A stretch of 64,000 nt of DNA from Diplonema japonicum (lineage: Eukaryota > Protista > Euglenozoa: Diplonemea). This document shows positions 10,935 through 21,119 of this stretch, in pieces. The stretch spans positions 620,001-684,000 of the forward strand of contig OZ025653.1 in NCBI GenBank assembly GCA_964019335.1, read 5' to 3'. Position 1 is the stretch's first letter. Every line of letters begins with the position of its first letter. A model generated the notes under the pieces. That model made no database searches. It worked only from the letters and a program-made list of their open reading frames with translations, and was not told the origin of the DNA. Position numbers and translations under genes: made by a program.

Positions 10935-12027
10935 TCAGCCAGGGATAACTGTATTTTAAAGTATGCACTGTTTTCATGGGTCGGTCTGCATGGATATGAA
11001 CGTTTTCATCATGTTTTTGTTTCACCCTCCCCATTGTTTTTTTTTTTTTTTTTTCTTTTTTTTTCCCCCTTTTTTCTTTTTTCAGCCAGGGATAACTGTA
11101 TTTTAAAGTATGCACTGTTTCATGGGTCGGTCGGCATGGGTAAGGTGGTTTGTTTCATCATTTTTTTTTATTTCTTTTAGCGTGGTTTTCTTTCCTTTGG
11201 TTTTTTTTTTTTTTTTCAGCCAGGGATAACTGTATTTTAGAGTATGCACTGTTTCATGGGTCGATCGGCAAGAATAGAAATAATATTTTTTCATCATTTT
11301 TCTCTCTTTTTTTCTCCCTCCCCCCTTTCTTTATTCTTTCATTTTAATCTTTTCAGCCAGGGATAACTGTATTTTAAAGTATGCACTGTTTCATGGGTCG
11401 ATCGGCACTTATAAGGTTTAATCATCATCTTCCTTCCCCTTTTCTAAAAAAGAATGTTCAGCCAGGGATAACTGTATTTTAAAGTATGCACTGTTTCATG
11501 GGTCGGTCGGCATGGATATGAAAGTTTGCTTCATCATACTAACAATGGGTTCATTTGTTTCCCTTTCCTTTTGTTCAATTTTTTTTTTCCCTCTCTTCAG
11601 CCAGGGATAACTGTATTTTAAAGTATGCACTGTTTCATGGGTCGATCGGCATGGATATGAAAATTTGCTTCATCATTTTAATCCTGTAGTTCATATTTCA
11701 GCCAGGGATAACTGTATTTTAAAGTATGCACTGCTTTCATGGGTCGGTCTGCACTAAAAAAAAGAACTTTTCATCATATATATATATCTGTTTTGGTTCA
11801 TATTTCAGCCAGGGATAACTGTATTTTAAAGTATGCACTATTTCATGGGTCGGTCGGCATGGATATGAAAGTTTGCTTCATCATACTAACAATGGGTTCA
11901 TTTGTTTCCCTTTCCTTTTGGTTCAATTTTTTTTCTCTCTCTTCAGCCAGGGATAACTGTATTTAAAGTATGCACTGTTTCATGGGTCGGTCGGCACGTT
12001 AAGAAAAAAGGTTTATTTTTTCATCAT
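10935..12027 (-). ncRNA. snR38: Tandem array of nine box C/D snoRNAs, snR38/SNORD1-type D guide (LSU Gm at the yeast G2815 equivalent)
   Basis: Copies at 10935-11012, 11082-11161, 11216-11297, 11353-11428, 11458-11537, 11597-11676, 11698-11777, 11805-11884, 11943-12027. Each reads ATGATGA-variable-CCGA/CAGA...ATGAAA...ACAGTTATCCCTGG-CTGA. The guide is antisense to peptidyl-transferase-centre CAGGGAUAACUG, and D+5 gives the middle G. Confidence 0.9.
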
Positions 12028-12296
12028 TTTCTCTTTATCGTCCTGAATTCCTCTCCCCCCCCGTATGGAAAAAAAGGAAAAAAAAAATATATATAAGAAA
12101 AGAAGAAAAAAAAAACCCCATTCCCTCCCATTTCGACTGATATCGTTTTTATTCTTTGTCCCCCCCCCCCCCCCCTGCAACGCTGTTCACCGATAAGCAT
12201 GCAACCTGCCTGTGACATGCAACCAAATTGTGTAAACGGTGCAGGTCGTGGTGTAGATGGCTGCAGCCTGGGTTTTTTTTTGTTCCCCATTAAATC

Positions 12297-13403
12297 TTAT
12301 TGCAACTTCCATACCCAAGTGAGGATTCGATACTTTGGCCCGTCAAACAAAACGGCCACAGCCAAGGAGACGAAGAAAAGGAAGACACCATCAAGGAGAA
12401 GGCAGAGCAGCCAGAGAGGCATGTCATCCCAGATCGACCGACAGCGAATGCAACTACACGCTTCACATTTACAATAAAGAGTAGGAACACAGATCTTACA
12501 GGCGCACCCAAGACAATTACAGATGGCAGAAGTGGTCTGACAGGACACAGTATCGTACTTGTGTTTCTTTGTAGACAGCTTCCGCTTCTGCTTCACAGTA
12601 TAGGAGGAGGCACAGATCTTTTGGTCAGAACGATGGCAAGCTTTTCGACCGCAAACACAACTTGGGCATTCGTCGTACTCATTCACACACAGAAAGGCGC
12701 ACTGTTCAGCGTGATGGTCATGGCTGCACCCCAAGCATGTGTTGCCATCGGGTATTGCAGAGTAGCCCGACCGTTTAGTGACATATGTCTTCCATCCTAA
12801 CACGAGGAAGGTGGATATGATAGAAACCACCCATGACCAGAGGAGGAAGGGAATTAGGAACTTGTACTTCTTCGGGATGCACGCCCCAAGGTCGTGCGAG
12901 CACGTGGTTGTTGTGTCAGAGCAGCATTCGCATCCCCCGCAGCATTGTCCTGCAGGACACCCTTCGCAGCAATCGGAACCTTCTTTACAGCATGATGGCT
13001 GGGAGGACCCGTCTTGGCGTTCGCAGCATGTTGGGGCAGCTGCAGGGCACGATGCGCCACCTGAGGGGCAGCACACGGAATCTTTATCTGTGCAGTGGTT
13101 CCCGTTGCAGCACTTTCCGCAGCATGCGCCTGCGCAGCATTCTGCGTTGCAGGCTTCGGTGATTGCTCCGCTCAGGGCCGTCTCCACGCATTTTAACTCG
13201 CCCACTAAGCAGTCGCCCACGCAGACCTCGCCCACCTTGCAGCACCGTGTCCCGCAGCATTCCCCCATGCCCTCCTCACAGCAGAAACTTATCACATCTC
13301 CATCGTAGCAACACCCTTCACCTCTTCCGCAGAAGCTCCCCCATGCGTCCCCACAGCTTCCTGCCGTCCCCACCACCGCAGCACCGACCAACACGAGCAG
13401 CAT
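12297..13403 (-). CDS. Cysteine-rich membrane protein
   Basis: Signal peptide, CC-rich ectodomain, hydrophobic helix (FLIPFLLWSWVVSIISTFLVLG), second Cys-rich region and C-terminal hydrophobic segments. Confidence 0.8.
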   Translation of the reverse strand: MLLVLVGAAVVGTAGSCGDAWGSFCGRGEGCCYDGDVISFCCEEGMGECCGTRCCKVGEVCVGDCLVGELKCVETALSGAITEACNAECCAGACCGKCCNGNHCTDKDSVCCPSGGASCPAAAPTCCERQDGSSQPSCCKEGSDCCEGCPAGQCCGGCECCSDTTTTCSHDLGACIPKKYKFLIPFLLWSWVVSIISTFLVLGWKTYVTKRSGYSAIPDGNTCLGCSHDHHAEQCAFLCVNEYDECPSCVCGRKACHRSDQKICASSYTVKQKRKLSTKKHKYDTVSCQTTSAICNCLGCACKICVPTLYCKCEACSCIRCRSIWDDMPLWLLCLLLDGVFLFFVSLAVAVLFDGPKYRILTWVWKLQ

Positions 13404-13467
13404 ATTTTTGTTATATCGTCATCCCCTGCAGAACATGCCGAGGAGTTGGAAGTCAATGAACTGAACT

Positions 13468-14901
13468 CTACCATGAATCTACTACATAATTCCCTTTTGG
13501 GAAGTACACCTCCGACCTTGGGTTTGAAGCCGCCGCCGTGGCGGCCCTGTGCAGAGCGTGTGTATCATCGCTCACGCCGTCACCCTTTGCGCCGTAGTCG
13601 CGTATGTTGGCACGTGCCCTTGGGGCTGCAGTGGTACTGGTACTTGTTGGCAGTTTCCGGCGCTTCACTGCTGTAGTTAGCACTGCTAGCTGTCGCGCCA
13701 GCTGCGGTGTCACAGGGAGGATGCTTGACTGACCGCCGTGCACCGCTGCCATCTGCTTCGACACAACGCACAGCAGCTTCTGAACTTCTGCCTTAAGATC
13801 TTCTAACTTGTTTTCTGCCACTGCTGCCTTCCCACCGTGTTTCACTCTGCGCATGCGCCACACAGCACGCAATACCTTGCATCCCACCCTCCATCTTCTC
13901 CTGGCTTGTGCACTCTTTTTAGCTTCTTGTCTTGCCTGATCCTTCGCCCTTAGCTTGTGTAACTCCTCTGGTACCTTTGTATTCGCCTCCAGTGACGCCT
14001 CTAGGTCCATGCACGCTGCCCTTGCTGCTCTTGCAGCAAACCTCCAGTTCTGCTTTGCGACCATCTCCCGCAAGTGCTCCGCAACAACATCAACGTGCTC
14101 GTAGTTCTCGTTTTGCCTGCAGTAGTCCAGCAGCTCACGTGAAGACTTCCTGCAGCCCTCGATGGTGCTTTCTGCTTCGCGTAGGAGGCGTTTCATCCTT
14201 CTGAGGTCTGCGTGGAGCTGCGTCAGCTGCTGCGACTTGACGACATCGATGTCACTCCCAGCGGCAGCTGCAAGGGAGTCGAAGCCGTGCCAGAAGGGGT
14301 ACCTTAGCGTGGGGTCGTCGTAAGGGACAGTGAGGGGCTTGGCTGTGGCGGTCTGTCTGGTGAAGGTTCGAACGGTTTCAGTTTGGGTGGCAGCAGTAGG
14401 GGAGTGAGGCTTGGTCTCCGCCTCTTCAGGCGCAAGAGGAAGCTCCGGAGGAGTGGACTCTAGAGGTGCTTCCTTGTGGAACAACAGTGCCACCTTTGCC
14501 ACCGCTTGAAGGACGCAGCTCAAGTGCTGTCCCCTCATAGCATCTACAAACGCTTCTCGCGTCACCTCACCCAAAGGTATCTCTAGAGCGACACCTACCC
14601 AGGCAGCACCACCTGGCCTATCTTCCATGCTCTCATGTAACTGCCCCAATGCGTGCAGTTTGTAACATTCAAGAAGGTCTGCTATGTCAGTGCTTGTGAG
14701 GGCCTCGACACCCTCAAGGAGCTCCCAGAACTCAACTTTTCCAAGCACTCCTTTCTCATTAATATCTATTGTCTGGTACAAGGCTTCCAAATCCGCTTCT
14801 TCCGGTGGACCAGGACTGCACCGCACCACCTCCTTCACCGCACTGTAGCCAACGGTACCTTGTGTGGATAGAGCTGTGAAAATCTCTTCAAATGCGTCCA
14901 T
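13468..14901 (-). CDS. EF-hand/coiled-coil protein ending in a pectate-lyase-3-type N-terminal motif
   Basis: IDINEKGVLGKVEF EF-hand-like loop, coiled coils, terminal NIRDYGAKGDGVSDDT...VYFPKGNYVV. The true start is probably MDAFEE because the ORF's 5' part overlaps the last PAXX exon. Confidence 0.7.
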   Translation of the reverse strand: MDAFEEIFTALSTQGTVGYSAVKEVVRCSPGPPEEADLEALYQTIDINEKGVLGKVEFWELLEGVEALTSTDIADLLECYKLHALGQLHESMEDRPGGAAWVGVALEIPLGEVTREAFVDAMRGQHLSCVLQAVAKVALLFHKEAPLESTPPELPLAPEEAETKPHSPTAATQTETVRTFTRQTATAKPLTVPYDDPTLRYPFWHGFDSLAAAAGSDIDVVKSQQLTQLHADLRRMKRLLREAESTIEGCRKSSRELLDYCRQNENYEHVDVVAEHLREMVAKQNWRFAARAARAACMDLEASLEANTKVPEELHKLRAKDQARQEAKKSAQARRRWRVGCKVLRAVWRMRRVKHGGKAAVAENKLEDLKAEVQKLLCVVSKQMAAVHGGQSSILPVTPQLARQLAVLTTAVKRRKLPTSTSTTAAPRARANIRDYGAKGDGVSDDTHALHRAATAAASNPRSEVYFPKGNYVVDSW

Positions 14902-14986
14902 CTGAAGCGTACCTGTGTGCATATGAGGCAAAAGGGTTGGTAGATAGGAGGACAGGTGCCCTACTGTAGGATAACAGGGGAAAGAG

Positions 14987-15713
14987 CTAGTTGCCAATGC
15001 GGGTGCCGCGTGGCTTGCGTATTTTCTCGCAGGGGTTGACGAGGGACTGCGCTTTTCGTTTATGGTTCGCACGTTTTGCCTGTGTGGGTGGTTGGGTTAG
15101 GTGCTGTTCATACCGCGTCATCGTCACGTTGGTGTGCTTCGATGCCAATGCCACCGGTGTACGCATCGAGAGAGTGGCGCAAGGAAGACGCCTTGCTGCG
15201 CTCCTCATCGAGCTCTCTAGAGAGGGACATCACACGGCTGCGGCTATCGGAAGCCGCTTTGTTAGCTGCTTCAAAGGAGGCAAACATCGTAAAGACAAGA
15301 GCTGCTGTTTTGATTGGGACAGCATCAGCAGCTATCAAGTCAAAGGCCACCCCGCTGTCACTGACAGCCAGCGTGAGCACCTCCACCCCGTCTTCATTGA
15401 CCCCGTTCCACGTCGTGCTGAATGCTTCCTCCTCTAGACACCCCAGCAACCACTTCAACCACTCCTTCCACAGATATTTCCCGTCCGCATCTTTGTTCCT
15501 TGCTTTCATCTTGTCCCTCTTCCATCTTAACTCTTCGTATTCTAGTTCCACCTCATACCGCTCGTCTACCATATCCGTGTAACACAACAGCAGCTTTCCC
15601 TTGTCGTGATAGCAGCACACTGCAACACCGCTTTGCTTTGTGCTCAGCTTGTGGTACACAGGGCCGAACTGCTCCTCGAAATAGCGCCTGAACTGGTCAT
15701 GGTCATCCGACAT
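14987..15713 (-). CDS. PAXX: PAXX-like NHEJ factor (XRCC4-superfamily head, coiled coil, Ku-binding tail)
   Basis: Head CYTDMVDERYE...LTLAV...AFDL followed by a coiled coil. Removing a 34-nt intron (15080-15113) gives the tail KRKAQSLVNPCEKIRKPRGTRIGN*, matching the PAXX SLINP..K.KKP.G Ku-binding motif. Confidence 0.75.
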
Positions 15714-15783
15714 GCTCCCCTTCTTAAGCTGGAGGAAGAAGTACGTGGAGCAGGTAGGGGCTTTTTCTTCTTCTTTTTCCTCT

Positions 15784-16530
15784 TCAAAAAGCGTGGTAAC
15801 ACTTCTTTTTCCAAGTTTCCTTCGGTGCCCAAGGGCGCATCCCGGAAGGGGGCCTGCTGTGGACAGTGCTCGGGGAAGGGGGGAGCGACAGCAAGGTGCT
15901 GGTCGGGGTTTGGCATGTTGCGTCCTCTTCACTGCTGTAGTCGGACTGCTCCTGAGAAACGCTGGGAAGAAGATGGGTTGAAAGCCACTGACGGAGAGTG
16001 AGCATAGACGACGCAGAGGAAGTGAGACATAAGGAAAAAGTGGGGTAGGCAAGGGTAATGTGTCGAGGATGGAGTGCGGCCTCTTCAGGTGTGTGGGCAA
16101 AGCGAAGGTGGTTGTTGAGCTCCTCTCGGGTTGTGAAGGTGGACGGGCAACCATCGACTGTGCAAGTGTCCGAGAGATCCCATGTGATACTTAGCTTATG
16201 TGATTTTTGAGACAAAGTTCCAAAAAGTATGTCGAAAAAGCTTATCCACGAGGTGGCCCCACTGCGCTCCTTCATCCCCAACAACTCCATGTAGCCGTAC
16301 CTCCCTTCGTAAAGACGGTTCTCCAGGTCTGTGCAACAGTAGACCACTTTTGACTCTTCTGCCATTTTCTCGGTGAATAGACACACCAGTGCCCCCTCTG
16401 TCTCGCTTCGAAACGCGTCCCAGTCATCCCTCCCTGTCACTGGCACTCTTTTCACCACCACTGGCATCGCTGCACATGCTTCAGTGTAGAGGGCTTTCCC
16501 TTTGCTCCTTGTGAACCATCCGCCACTCAT
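15784..16530 (-). CDS. PAXX/XRCC4-like head-domain paralog with an inserted C2H2 zinc finger
   Basis: CCTDLENRLYEGRYGYMEL...W..F..IL.GTL aligns by eye with the neighbouring gene's CYTDMVDERYEVELEYEEL...W..W..LLGCL; contains CTVDGCPSTFTTREELNNHLRFAH. Confidence 0.6.
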   Translation of the reverse strand: MSGGWFTRSKGKALYTEACAAMPVVVKRVPVTGRDDWDAFRSETEGALVCLFTEKMAEESKVVYCCTDLENRLYEGRYGYMELLGMKERSGATSWISFFDILFGTLSQKSHKLSITWDLSDTCTVDGCPSTFTTREELNNHLRFAHTPEEAALHPRHITLAYPTFSLCLTSSASSMLTLRQWLSTHLLPSVSQEQSDYSSEEDATCQTPTSTLLSLPPSPSTVHSRPPSGMRPWAPKETWKKKCYHAF

Positions 16531-17206
16531 GTAGAGGCAACTGTGGTACTTTCTTGTTTCTTTTCTACTTTCTTGGTAAGCAGGTTAGTGGATACTAGGC
16601 TGGGGGTGAACCCGCATCGCTTTTGGCGGAAAGAAAATGAGGAATAAGAACCCCTCACGAACCTGCGGCAGATGTAAGATGGACGTTAACGAAAAGCGTT
16701 TTCCATGAGACAGAGACATAGGGAGATGGTGGCCACTGGAGGTGGCGGAGGAAAAGAAGAGAAAAGACAATAAAGTAAAGAATAAGAAGAAAAAAAAGAA
16801 AAGAAAAAGCATACAACAATGGCATGGAATAGGAACAAGAGCCGCGAGCTTGAATAAAGAAAAAGGCAAATTAAATTGTACTACTTCTTTGAGCGATACA
16901 CGGGGGACCCAACTAGGTCGATCTCTTTTTTCTCTTAGCCTGCCATGGAATAAAAGACCCCACACCCAAGGGATTAAAAAAAAAAAAAGCAAAAAAGAAA
17001 AAAAAAGAAATAAACTGGGAGCTAAAGTTACTCTTAAGAAACAAAGTTGGTTCTCTCAAAAAAAAAAGAAGAAGAAAAAAAATATAAAAAAAAGAGGAAG
17101 GTTAGCAACAAAAGAAACAAAGTTGGTTCTCTCTCTTTTTTTTTTTCTTCTTTTTTAAACACTGTAAAACAATTAATTCCGGTACTTCTGGTAATTTATT
17201 GTAGTA

Positions 17207-17238
<32 letters not shown>

Positions 17239-17304
17239 GTTCTATGAAATGTAATGTGGAAGTTACCCCCCCTCCCCTCCCCTCCCCTCCCCTCACAATT
17301 CTAT

Positions 17305-17763
17305 TCATGCAACAAGGGAACGGTACGCCTTGTAATGAAGGGAGAAGCAAGTGAAAACGTGTCCGAAGAAAGACAGCGAACGGAGGCGTGCTGTCCTCCC
17401 GTCAGTGACATAGATGTACAGAAGGTTGAAGGCAACCCTGAAGGCAAGAGCAAGCGCACAATGGTTGTTGAAAGACTCAGGATCCACCTTCGCTCCATAA
17501 GCAGCTACTACAGCAGAAAGGTACAGCACGAAGGCCTCCCAGCCATTTTGATGAGCCGCGGCAGCCCTTCTCATGATGGCTGCTTCAGGGGTGTCCTCGT
17601 TGCTCTTCTCTTCAAAAAACTTTCTTGGTTCGGCGAGGAGGTCCCTAGGCTTCCCTCCCTTCACCCCGTGGTAAACCTTCACGAAATGCGGGTGCATAAT
17701 CGTGAACCAAAAGGCAGGCATTCCAGCCCCAAGCATCACATACTTCTCGCTCCACTGGGTCAT
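17305..17763 (-). CDS. MAPEG-family membrane protein
   Basis: 152 aa; PR...RAAAAHQNGWEAF and RVAFNLLYI...RS motifs. Confidence 0.88.
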   Translation of the reverse strand: MTQWSEKYVMLGAGMPAFWFTIMHPHFVKVYHGVKGGKPRDLLAEPRKFFEEKSNEDTPEAAIMRRAAAAHQNGWEAFVLYLSAVVAAYGAKVDPESFNNHCALALAFRVAFNLLYIYVTDGRTARLRSLSFFGHVFTCFSLHYKAYRSLVA

Positions 17764-18492
17764 TCTTTTTTTTTTTTTTTTTGCTGTTGAAAAAATATTT
17801 TGGAGCCGAGAATGTAATTTTGTTTTATAAAAAAAAAAAGGACAATTTTTTTTTTCAGCTTAAAAAGAATGGACGGAAAAAAAAACGAGAAGAGTTTTTT
17901 TTTTAAAAAAAAAAAAATGTGTTTCCCCTTCTTCTTTCTTTCATCGAAAAAAGGAAGGGGTATAATAAAGAGAGAAAGGGTGGGGAGTGGGCAACAGGGG
18001 TATTTTTTTTTTTCTTGGTAAATTATTGATGAGTTTACAGTTCTTCTTTTTTAAAAAAAAAGGAGACCTTTCCACATTCCCTCCCCCCCCCTTTTTTTTA
18101 GCTTTCTGGCAGCCAGGGTCTTCGCCCTGGGCACCCCCACATCGACCTTCTTTCCTGAAGTTTCGATGCCACTTTTGCGAAGGCAATAAAAAGAAGAAGA
18201 AAAAAAGAAAGAAAGACGAAAAAGAGAGCAAAGAGGATAGTAAATAAAAAAATCCCCTTATGAATAAAGCACCACACAAAAAAAAAGGGTATAAGATTGC
18301 AGATAACTGGCCCTTTACTCTTTTTTTGTTGTTTGGTTCTTTTATTTTCATTTTTTATTTCCCCTCTCTTTCGTTTCTGTTCCCCCCCCTCCCCCCCTTT
18401 TTTTTCCCTCTGTTTCCTTCAAAAAGATTTTTAAGGCTAGGAGGGGAGAATAAATAAAAAAAAGTAAAGAAAAAAAAAATATAGTGGTGTTT

Positions 18493-18536
<44 letters not shown>

Positions 18537-18566
18537 CTCCATTCGGAAGTTATCTAAATATACTAA

Positions 18567-19284
18567 GGGGAAAACACTGTTCACGGTAAGCAAATAACTT
18601 TTTTCCACCGTTTCCTTAAACCTAAATTTTTTTTTTCCACCAAGTGCAGTAACCTGCAACTTAAACTACAAACTTTCTTTCCACCGAACACGGAAACCTG
18701 TATCATTTTTATGCCTGTTTAGGGTTTGGGAAAGAACTTTGAGGAGTGACTGGGACTGAACCCAACCAGTTGAGAAATGCAGGTTGCAGCATTATGCCCA
18801 ACCTTTCTCCGGTTGCTGCACATGTTCTCCCCCTCCCTCTCACTCCGCTTCCTCTTCGCCAGCCTGCCTATTTGTGACTTTGTCACGATTGGTGGCCCAA
18901 GGCCATCCTTCACGTTTTCACAGGCAAGGGGGTGGACACAAAAAATCCAAAATTTCGAAAAACTAAAAATGAGAACAATAGGAAGGTTTCATGGGAGAGT
19001 GGAAAAAAAGTTCTGGGTTACCGTGGATGGTGGAAAAAAAAGTTATGGGTTACCGTACTTGGTGGAAAAAAAGTTCCAACATACATGGTTTAGTGGAAAT
19101 AAGTTTAGGTTACCGTGGACAGTGGAAACTTTATTTAAAAAAACCGTTTTGGTGTAAAAAAAAAGTTATGATTACCGTACTTGGTGGAAAAAAAGTTCCA
19201 AGTTACCGTGAATAGAGGTAAAAATTCTGCTTACAGTACTTGGTGGAAAAAAGTTATTTGCTTACCGTGAACGGTGTTTTTCTC
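18567..19284. mobile_element. Non-autonomous Mutator-like (MULE) element
   Basis: About 43-bp TIRs (GGGGAAAACACTGTTCACGGTAAGCAAATAACTTTTTTCCACC and its reverse complement); 9-bp TSD ATATACTAA/ATGTACTAA; subterminal GGTGGAAAAAAAG..TTACCG repeats; internal minus-strand remnant PP..GR..KRKR...CSNRRKVGHNAATC resembling a MULE C-terminal zinc knuckle. Confidence 0.85.
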
Positions 19285-19342
19285 ATGTACTAATGATCAA
19301 AAAAAAAAAAATCACCCCTGTTTTTCTTTGCCCTTTCTCATC

Positions 19343-20098
19343 TTACAGCTCCTCATGTTTTCTCCTGGTACAAGTGCAGAGGTGGTAAAATAGACCTTTT
19401 TTTTTTTTTTTTTCTTCTTCTTTTTTTTTTTAATTTCCCCATGCATACCAGCAAGGTTGCTAACACTCCCCAGAGCGAACAAGAAGAAAGCAGGGCGAAA
19501 CGTGAGATCGGGTGTGCCATCATGCATCTCAGGGACGGAGTTAGGGGTAGAATTGGAAGCAATGTAGTCCGGCAGAGAAGCAGACAGCCCACCCATGTCG
19601 AGTACGTGGGCAGACCGACTGGTGTACTTGTAAGGGTTGAACGGAATCTGCAATTTTTTTTTTTTTTTTCCCCCAACATACTCTGACCCTTTCGTAAGCA
19701 GCAAGGAAAAGGATCAATGCAGCAATGCCGAATATAAAGGAGGCGAAGAACGGCCTGATTTGTGTAGCACTGCCGAACAAGCAATCATAAAGCCCGTGAC
19801 ACACGAATCCAAAGGCAATCACGATCAATATTGACAGAGAGATGCTCACCCTCTTCCAAGTCCCGCAGTCAGACCTATCACTACTTTCAGGCAGCCCCTT
19901 GTTACAATCCATTCCAAAGGTCCACGTGCTGCCTGTGTCCACATTAAGAGCAGCAGTCACTTTATACTGCAGAATCCCAACGTCCGCAGACACCTCTCTT
20001 TCATAACCTAGCCAGTTGTCATACCACAGCGCCGCCATGTACAGGCCGGCCGTGATGACCAGGAACACTATGGTCAGGACTGGTGTTCGGAAAGCCAT
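19343..20098 (-). CDS. Claudin/PMP22-like four-TM protein, 2 introns
   Basis: TM1-W...GI..C..C loop and further TMs. Introns near 19628-19681 and at 19396-19448 restore the frame to ...RRKHEEL*. Confidence 0.7.
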
Positions 20099-20394
20099 TT
20101 TTTTTTTTTTTTTTTTTTACCACCTTTTTTTTTTTAAAAAAAATGTTCATTTGGAAGGGAGGAAAAAAGAGAGAAAAAAAGAAGAAAATAAAAAAAAAAA
20201 AAAAAAAAAAGCAAGAACGTTAACCCCCTACCCTGGCCTTTAAAAAAAAAAAAAAAAAGAAATACGAAAAAGGGGGGAAAACATTTTTTTTTTTGTAAAC
20301 AAAAAGGAGCATTTTTTTTTTAAAAGGGAGGGGGAAGTTCTTCTCGAAAAAAAAAAAAAACCCCACACTTTCCTTTTTTTTTTTTTTTTTGTAT

Positions 20395-21086
20395 TCACCT
20401 CGTGACTGGGGCTCCTTTGATAACGTCGTCGCACGTTTTGTACCATTGAGCCTCTTCATTGTCGTGTGTGGAACCCACTACAAAATCACCCATGCTGCCG
20501 GTTCCAAAGCGTAGGATGCTAGAGGACTGTCTGCAAACGGCTGTTTCACCGATAGCGCAGTTTCCATCGTACGCCTTAAGAACACGAGAAAGAGTGTCAT
20601 CAGAGGAAGTGGACTTAAGACGCGACATATGTTGTTCTGAACAAAATATTTCAGACCCGGGGAAGGACTGTTTAAGTTTTTTGAGGGTCGTTGTTGACCA
20701 TTGAGACAGGCTGCCCGACCGTCTTGCTGAGGGGCTGCCTGTGGAAACATCTAGGTCGGTTACAAGCAGCAGCTTCCCCGTCTTCTTTGCGTTGATGATA
20801 TCGATCATTCCGTCCACGCACTTTGTAAGGTAGGGATCGTTCGCCCGCAGGGAGGACACGCTCCCTGTGTTCCCTGTTGCGGCAGCTCTCAGTACCATCT
20901 TCTCCCCCCGTATCTGCACGCAGGTAAACTCCCCTTTGAAGACATCCTCTTTAAACTTCTTCCCCATCTCAACCCAGGGCACCGCCAGCTGCGGCCACGC
21001 CCTGAACCCTGGGTACACCATATCGGTGTTCTCGGGGGTTTTACACAATTCCGTTTCAGGGACATCCTGTCGAATAATTTTTTATT

Positions 21087-21119
<33 letters not shown>

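Noticed and set aside
10935-12027. CRISPR array
   Set aside because: Eukaryotic context, no cas genes, and each unit has boxes C/D plus an rRNA-antisense guide, so these are snoRNAs.
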